From Naegleria gruberi (taxonomy: Eukaryota): a DNA stretch of 64,000 nucleotides. The notes below the pieces were generated by a model. The model ran no database searches. It was not told the origin of the DNA and was given only the letters and a program-made list of their open reading frames with translations. A program made the translations under genes and the position numbers. This document shows, one piece after another, positions 58,004 through 64,000 of this stretch. The stretch lies in assembly GCA_000004985.1 (NCBI GenBank), contig GG738858.1, one strand, 5' to 3'. Positions within the stretch are counted from its first letter, which is position 1; each line of letters begins with the position of its first letter.

Positions 58004-61000
58004 ATGGAAAACAAACTCAAAAGTTGTTCCTCCGAAGTTGAAAGCTGCAGTATGACCTCATCATTATCATCACCGTACAGTAAGCAATATATATTTCAGC
58101 ATGATCATCCTACTACATTCATTAAAAAAATGATCAATTGGTTAGGAAGCACATTGGGAAGTGCATTGGATTTGAATTTGGTTACCTCAGTTGTGAGTGA
58201 TACCTTAACAAATAACAAATCATCATCAAATTCCAATACTGCCTTGTTGGCACAATCAACGAGTGATGCTGTCTCTGATGAATTTGCTGCCTTCATCACA
58301 AAGATTGGAAAGACAAGATGTAGAGAATCGGAGAATGAAACTGTGCTATCGATGAAAGAAGCCTTAAAGGAAAAATTGGAGGATCCTCTATTAATTAATA
58401 ATCGATTGGAGATGAAGGATGTCTTATTGAGGTTAATATATTGTGAAATGTTGGGACATTCTATTGATCAATTCGGATCAATTCATTTGGTTAACTTTAT
58501 TGCATTGAATGATTTGACTTTATATGAGAAGAGGTTATCTTATTTGGCTGCTGGATTGATATTACATAGGAAACATGAAATGATTCTACTGATTATTAAT
58601 TCAATTCAGAAGGATTTGAGGAGTAAGAGATATATGATTGTACTTTCAGCATTGATTGCTGCCTCAAAATTATTGAATTATGAAACCATACCTGCTGTAT
58701 TACCATTTGTTATTCCTTTATTGAAACATCAGAGGTCAGAGGTGAGAAAGAAGGCAATCTCAACTTTGCACGCATTCTACAATATTGAGAAGGAGGAAAG
58801 TGATGATGTAGAATCTTATAATGGAACTTATTTACAATATATTGACACAATGTTAAATGATTTTGATCCAATGGTGTTATCAGCAACCATTTGTTTCCTT
58901 TCAGATTACGTTGCTGATTGTCATGTTAGATTGATTAAGGAGAAGAAAAATTCTTCCTCCACCGAAAGTCAAGGTCAAAAGACAATTGATCCAAAAGTTT
59001 TAAAATTGACATCCTATGTTGTCTCGATTTTCAATCAAATTATAGAATACAATATTGAGCAGGATTACATGTACTCAAAATTACCAGCTCCATGGTTTCA
59101 GATAAAAATCCTTCAGGTATTCACATTGTTGGGAAGACAAAACAAGAGTACCAGCCAAGAACTGTACGAGCTGATACGGACAGCTTACAAAAAAGCTGAA
59201 AGAGCAGAGAATGCAACTGGTATTGCAATCATGTTTCAGTGTGTGAAAACAGCAATCAATATCTATCCTTCACAACACATGCTGCAATTTATTTACGATT
59301 CTGTAACGAGATTCATTTGGAATAATGACATGAAAGTACCCAACATTAGATACACAGCCTTGGAAATGTTAAGAATGGTGCTGAGATATAATACTGAATT
59401 GGTGGCCCTCCACCAAGAAATGATTATCGATTCTCTGAGTAGTAATGACGAAACAATTCAAAAACTCACTTCAAGATTGCTAACACGAATGGCCAATCAA
59501 AGCAATACAAAGACAATTCTCGATCGATTAATCAAATATCTGGCCTATGTAATTTCTGTGAATGATATTTTTATGGCTGAGGAGTTGGTAGCAAATATTA
59601 GAAATATTTTTGATAGGTTCACTGATGACTACTATTGGTATGTGGAAATAGTTGTTGACTTTCTTAAAGCAGTAGGAGACGAAAAGAACACAAAAAACCA
59701 ACCCCTTATTGAGGATCAAGTTGTAAATATTATTGTAAAAAATATTTTAGATGAAACTAAACTGGATGAAGAGCTGGGACCTTTTATAATTGAGAGGTAT
59801 TACAAGTTATTATACGATCAAGTTTATACTGACTCGAAATTATTTCCTAATTGTCTCTTTACTGTAATAGTTTATGTGTTGAGAGGATTGAGCTCTTATG
59901 TAGATGACCACAAGGAAAATGAGGAAGAGCCATCCAAAGAGAATATTATTGAACTCTTCTTGAGCTTGATAAACTCATCACTATACTTTGATTCAAGATT
60001 GAAGAGTTGTATCATTAGTTCATCCATGGAAGTATATTTAAAAATCAAAAGTCCAGACGACCTTGGTGAAAGAATCACCTCTGCCCTACTACCACTGAAA
60101 AATAGTAGACATGAAGATGTATTTGAAAGAACGTATCAATTAATGTCCTTATGTGAATTTGACAATCCAAAGAGTTTGAATGATTTGGATGAATTAATTT
60201 ATTCTGAAGAAAATACAAAAGTGGATTCTTCTTTAAGCTTTTTGCAATCCTATGTTGAAAGCTTGAAGGAGGAAGGACTTCCTGTCTATTCACAAGAATT
60301 GAAGGAAGAGGTTATGGAGAAACAAAAGCTTCTCACACACAAGAGACATTCAAAGAAGAAAGATTTGATCATTGTTATTGACAAAGTGGAGCCAGTGGAA
60401 ATTAACTTTAAAGGAGATGATCTTGATACTCGTATCAGGAATAGTAAAAAGGTATGGTCTCAAGAGGACTGTTTGGAAGAAACACCAAATAGAGTGGAAG
60501 AAGAATCAGAGACCATTAAGGCTATGAAAGCTAAAATTAAGAAGAAGAGATTGCAGAAGGAAATGGAAGAAAAGCAAAAGGAAGAGGAGGAAAAGAAAAA
60601 CCTAACAGAAGAGGAGAAAACCGGGGAAGAAGAGTCCATGAGTGATGGGAATAATTCTGAAACAACTAAAGAGGATGAAAAAGAAGAGGTTAAAACCACA
60701 GAACCAGAGAAGGTAGCAAAAGAAAAGACAATAGAAAAAGTACAAACACCCCAAACGCCACAATTTATTCCAATACCATTTCCTTATCCCTCTTATGATC
60801 CAGCTCAAATGGCTTCATTTTATCAATACCCTCAAGCATTCCAAATGCCATATGGTCAGCAGATTCCTGGCCAGCCATTACAATATGTTTATGTGCCACC
60901 AACAAACAGTCAATTGATGCAAATGATGCAAATGCCACATCAACCATTTCCATTCATGCCAGTTAATCAAATTAATCAAGGATCAGGAAGCCCACAATTT

Positions 61001-61297
61001 GGATACCCTGTCAGTCAACAAGTGCCAGGTCACGTTTTTCAACCAATACGACCTGCCACACCAAATAATCCAACTATCCAGCCAGTTTTTCCAAATCAAG
61101 TTGTACAACAAACACATCCTATTCAACAAACAGAAGCAATTACAGAAGTACCAAAAGCTGTAGAGGAAGTTAAAGAAAGCATTGAGGATGTTGAACAACA
61201 GGTTCAAAAAGAAGAGGAAGAGCAAGATGTATCTCCAACAACAGAAAGCAATGAAGAAAACCAAGATTCAGAGTTAATTATTAATATGACATGCTAA
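58004..61297 (+). CDS. AP-4 adaptor complex subunit epsilon (adaptin N-terminal HEAT/ARM trunk + Q/P-rich C-terminal region)
   Basis: First in-frame ATG 58004 (ORF track starts at a GTG). Strong adaptin large-subunit signatures closest to AP-4 epsilon: RLIYCEMLGHSID, EKRLSYLAAGLILHRKHEMILLIINSIQKDL, ETIPAVLPFVIPLLKHQRSEVRKKAISTLHAFY, KLPAPWFQIKILQVFTLLG. TAA 61295-61297. Confidence 0.8.
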   Translation: MENKLKSCSSEVESCSMTSSLSSPYSKQYIFQHDHPTTFIKKMINWLGSTLGSALDLNLVTSVVSDTLTNNKSSSNSNTALLAQSTSDAVSDEFAAFITKIGKTRCRESENETVLSMKEALKEKLEDPLLINNRLEMKDVLLRLIYCEMLGHSIDQFGSIHLVNFIALNDLTLYEKRLSYLAAGLILHRKHEMILLIINSIQKDLRSKRYMIVLSALIAASKLLNYETIPAVLPFVIPLLKHQRSEVRKKAISTLHAFYNIEKEESDDVESYNGTYLQYIDTMLNDFDPMVLSATICFLSDYVADCHVRLIKEKKNSSSTESQGQKTIDPKVLKLTSYVVSIFNQIIEYNIEQDYMYSKLPAPWFQIKILQVFTLLGRQNKSTSQELYELIRTAYKKAERAENATGIAIMFQCVKTAINIYPSQHMLQFIYDSVTRFIWNNDMKVPNIRYTALEMLRMVLRYNTELVALHQEMIIDSLSSNDETIQKLTSRLLTRMANQSNTKTILDRLIKYLAYVISVNDIFMAEELVANIRNIFDRFTDDYYWYVEIVVDFLKAVGDEKNTKNQPLIEDQVVNIIVKNILDETKLDEELGPFIIERYYKLLYDQVYTDSKLFPNCLFTVIVYVLRGLSSYVDDHKENEEEPSKENIIELFLSLINSSLYFDSRLKSCIISSSMEVYLKIKSPDDLGERITSALLPLKNSRHEDVFERTYQLMSLCEFDNPKSLNDLDELIYSEENTKVDSSLSFLQSYVESLKEEGLPVYSQELKEEVMEKQKLLTHKRHSKKKDLIIVIDKVEPVEINFKGDDLDTRIRNSKKVWSQEDCLEETPNRVEEESETIKAMKAKIKKKRLQKEMEEKQKEEEEKKNLTEEEKTGEEESMSDGNNSETTKEDEKEEVKTTEPEKVAKEKTIEKVQTPQTPQFIPIPFPYPSYDPAQMASFYQYPQAFQMPYGQQIPGQPLQYVYVPPTNSQLMQMMQMPHQPFPFMPVNQINQGSGSPQFGYPVSQQVPGHVFQPIRPATPNNPTIQPVFPNQVVQQTHPIQQTEAITEVPKAVEEVKESIEDVEQQVQKEEEEQDVSPTTESNEENQDSELIINMTC

Positions 61298-62836
61298 TTG
61301 ACCAAAACAATATCTGATCTGAGATAAAATTTCATAATAGATTGTACCATATCAAACAAGTTGATCAGAGAAATGGTATCTGTTGGATTAGAAAGGTGTA
61401 AATATTGAGGATCTACATAATCACCTTCCTTAACATTATCCGTAATTTTACAACAGGTATTCTTATCATAACCAGATGAAGAAATACCAAACCAAATAAT
61501 ATCTCGTAAGCAACAATTCAATTCTGAGTGGTATGGTTGAGTTTCAATATTTTCAACATCTCTCAAACAATAAACTAGTGTATGGAGCTTGCTTTTTTGA
61601 TATCCTCCACTATTTAGTGAATTAATAAGGAAAACCAGACATTCAAAATACTTTTCCTCTAATAGTTCAACTTTGGAGCAATTCGAATTCAAGATACAAG
61701 TAATAACCGGTGATTTTTCCCCACTATGATTCGAAATAGCTACATATTTAACCATTCCATCATGATGAATAGCTTCCTCATAATCTAATCCAATTATTGA
61801 CTCTAAATCAACTTTAGAAATGAAATCATCAATTAACATTTCCTCTAAAATTAAAATTGGTATTGGTGTGATACCGCAAATATCTGATATTTTGTTTAGG
61901 TTACTATCGTCAATTTGGGAAATAAATATTATTCCATTATTACTCATTTCAATAGCTAAATTTTCTTCTACTTCTCCATTGCAAAATATAATGTCAATCT
62001 CATTTTGTTTTAAAATTGAAATAATGGAAGAATCCTTCACATTTCCTTCAATTAAAATACATTTGCCAGATCTTCCACTGAGAGGTAAATTATTTTTCTT
62101 CATATTAACTACTAATCCATCAACAATTCTACTCTTTGTACATCCCATCACTTTAATACAATTAATTATTCCAGTACTTATCAACATTGACACTGAATTA
62201 ATTTCCGAATTAATTTTCAATTTCATCAATGTTTCCACAGCCAATTCCATCATCTCATTTTCATTTGATGCTTTCAAGATCATTTTCAAAAATTGCTCCT
62301 TCTCCTCAAATTTACTCTCGCTCACAATAATTCTCATTCTGCAAGTATCACAAAATTTCTCAATAGATGTTAATAAATCCTCTCCTGAATATCCAATTTC
62401 CATCAATCTCGAACATTGTTTTGCCATCAATCCAATTAAACTAACCACTTCTGCAGATGACTATTAAAAATTCAATCAACACTTCTCATCTCAAACCTAC
62501 AGTAATTGTATATTTATCCTTATTATCATTCAGCAATAATTCCCTCATCATTAACAAGAACACATGCCTCATTGAAACATTCGCCAAAAACTTCTCCACT
62601 CTACAACAAACAGTCGTCTGTACATTTTCAGAAACTCCTCCTTGGTCCCTCCTCCAACAATATCGATCCGTGATGAATTTTGTATTTTGTATTACGCCGT
62701 GTTCTTCCATCGTTAAAAAGGAACTCAAACTTGATACGCACAAATAATGAACAATTTGCAAGCCTTCCCTGATCAATTCTTCTTGTTTCCGCGAGGTTTT
62801 ATTTGTATTGAAGTTGGTCATTGTATGTTGCGCCAT
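61294..62836 (-). CDS. Divergent group-II chaperonin (CCT/TCP-1)-like protein, possibly BBS-type chaperonin-like; 2 exons
   Basis: ATG 62836-62834. Exon 1 to 62501, exon 2 62460-61294. The segment DIIFCNGEVEENLAIEMSNNGIIFISQIDDSNLNKISDICGITPIPILILEEM follows the chaperonin apical-domain pattern (qkgIdd.a.hyL.k.gi.avrrv.k.dl.ria.atGa.iv). About 500 aa; no canonical GDGTT ATP motif recognised. Confidence 0.5.
62461..62500 (-). other. Spliceosomal intron (40 nt, GTAGGT...TTTTTAATAG), phase 0
   Basis: Donor after ATT ACT. The acceptor AG is part of an in-frame TAG; downstream frame continues TCA TCT GCA GAA GTG (SSAEV...). Confidence 0.6.
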
Positions 62837-62884
62837 TTTTTTTTTAAAGTTTACAAAACAAATTTGTAAAATACTGAATTAAGA

Positions 62885-63748
62885 TTACCAAGTATTTCCA
62901 GAATTTTTTGGAATATCGCCAGTTAATCGATGCTTTCCAATAACTCCAAAATATTCTTCCAATAACCATAATGAAGTTGAATAAAATCGTTTAACTTGCT
63001 CATGACCTAAACAATATCTTGCAAATGAGGCAACATTTGTACAACCATCTGGAATTTTAAAGAATAAAGCAAACGAAATATCTTCTTTGAAGAATCTATT
63101 CGAAATTAGTTGTAAAATTTCCATAGTGTATGATGTATGCACGCCCAAATACAAAGTATCAATTCGTTCCATAATTAAAGATTCATATTCTGAGGGTTCG
63201 TACAGTTTCGAATGACATAGAATTGGAATAATGTTAGTTCTCTTTTGAGCTAACTTGACACAAGTTTCATAATGTTCCACACATCTAAACAATGCATAAA
63301 CCTTTCCACTACTTTCCACAATTTCAGAACAATACGAAACTTCAACAGGTAACACCTCCACACACATTATCCTAAACCCCTTTCTCACCACAAACGCTTC
63401 ATAATCTAAAAAGTTTGGAAGCTGTGAACGATTCCAATCCCAAATTCTATATTTCACTCCCTTAACAACACAACACTCATCTCCGAATAATAAGTCCGCA
63501 TCTTCTTCCTCAAAAGAATTTACAATCGAGGCGAAAAAATCATCTTGTTCATCATCATTTGCAATTTGCTTTGTACAAGATGTCAATTTAAATAAACGAT
63601 CGGAAATGCTGGAAACTGATTCCACTGTAAATTCTTGTTCATCTTCAAATTTTTGTGAATTTTCCAGATTTGTTTCCAGTAGATTAGGTATTTTATGATT
63701 CGTGATTTCTTCTGGATTTGAAATGGCTGCTGCTGGAGAAGTGATCAT
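62885..63748 (-). CDS. Hypothetical protein (287 aa), no recognisable domain
   Basis: ATG-initiated uninterrupted ORF with protein-like composition; acidic N-terminal third. Confidence 0.5.
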   Translation of the reverse strand: MITSPAAAISNPEEITNHKIPNLLETNLENSQKFEDEQEFTVESVSSISDRLFKLTSCTKQIANDDEQDDFFASIVNSFEEEDADLLFGDECCVVKGVKYRIWDWNRSQLPNFLDYEAFVVRKGFRIMCVEVLPVEVSYCSEIVESSGKVYALFRCVEHYETCVKLAQKRTNIIPILCHSKLYEPSEYESLIMERIDTLYLGVHTSYTMEILQLISNRFFKEDISFALFFKIPDGCTNVASFARYCLGHEQVKRFYSTSLWLLEEYFGVIGKHRLTGDIPKNSGNTW

Positions 63749-64000
63749 TTTTTTTGGAGAGTGAAAATTATATTATGAATTGGAATGTTCAAAATATAAT
63801 GAATTTAATTTGTCAACCCAACAACAACTTTACAAAGTTCCATAATAGGATTGCAACATTTTTGTCCATAGTGAACTTTAATTTCCAAAGTTCAAGGCAA
63901 TTTTTACAAATTCCAATGCTGGAATGAACAAAAATTTAAACCTATCCGAATAGTAACCAAGGTACATTACTTCCGAATCGGAATGTTTTTGTAAAGTTCA

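Noticed and set aside
1-64000. Interpretation as a prokaryotic/phage locus with operons or a defence island
   Set aside because: At least ten GT-AG introns restore conserved motifs. Genes are monocistronic on alternating strands with AT-rich spacers. Domain repertoire is eukaryotic (PH, F-box, ankyrin, adaptin, Myb, ADF-H, RRM). No Shine-Dalgarno-type organisation.

Overview
This window is gene-dense nuclear DNA from an AT-rich (roughly two-thirds A+T) unicellular eukaryote. It is not a prokaryotic or phage locus. I count about 33 protein-coding genes on both strands, typically 2 kb per gene. At least 10 short GT-AG spliceosomal introns (40-140 nt) can be placed confidently because splicing restores conserved motifs (G-alpha P-loop, GHTHGGQ, Nudix box, PH domain). 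The six-frame ORF track labels alternative start codons (TTG/GTG) as M, so several ORF starts listed there are not real starts. No rRNA, tRNA, CRISPR array, transposase or LTR/TIR element was found.

Recognisable gene content includes:
- two tandem G-alpha-like GTPases that end in CaaX boxes
- a HydF [FeFe]-hydrogenase maturase
- a TM-anchored metallophosphoesterase
- R1R2R3 and SHAQKYF-class Myb factors
- an NDUFA6-like LYR protein
- several F-box proteins (one fused to a UBC E2 domain, one to RNI-type LRRs, one to ankyrin repeats)
- a DUF262 (GmrSD/ParB-like) protein
- a giant DUF4116-like repeat protein, an EEP-family nuclease/phosphatase, a NUDT7/8-like CoA diphosphatase paired head-to-head with a hotdog thioesterase-like gene, ADF/cofilin, a PH-domain protein, an EamA transporter, a 7TM receptor with a Cys-rich ectodomain, Mrd1/RBM19, a Dpy-30 motif protein, AP-4 epsilon and a divergent group-II chaperonin-like protein.

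Having HydF together with a complex-I accessory subunit, plus many F-box, ankyrin and signalling genes and short sparse introns, is most consistent with a heterolobosean amoeboflagellate such as Naegleria. That identification is inference only.

The most unusual items are:
- an inverted pair of near-identical 52-aa mini-RING genes that the ORF track missed
- two N-myristoylated glycine-zipper hairpin paralogs flanking the F-box-LRR gene, with a gene-conversion-like mosaic of identity
- CaaX-tailed G-alpha-like paralogs
- a prokaryote-type DUF262 gene with an ambiguous 5' end
- an E2-F-box fusion
- two long ORF-free regions next to the Myb genes, and a possible Pol III-type small RNA
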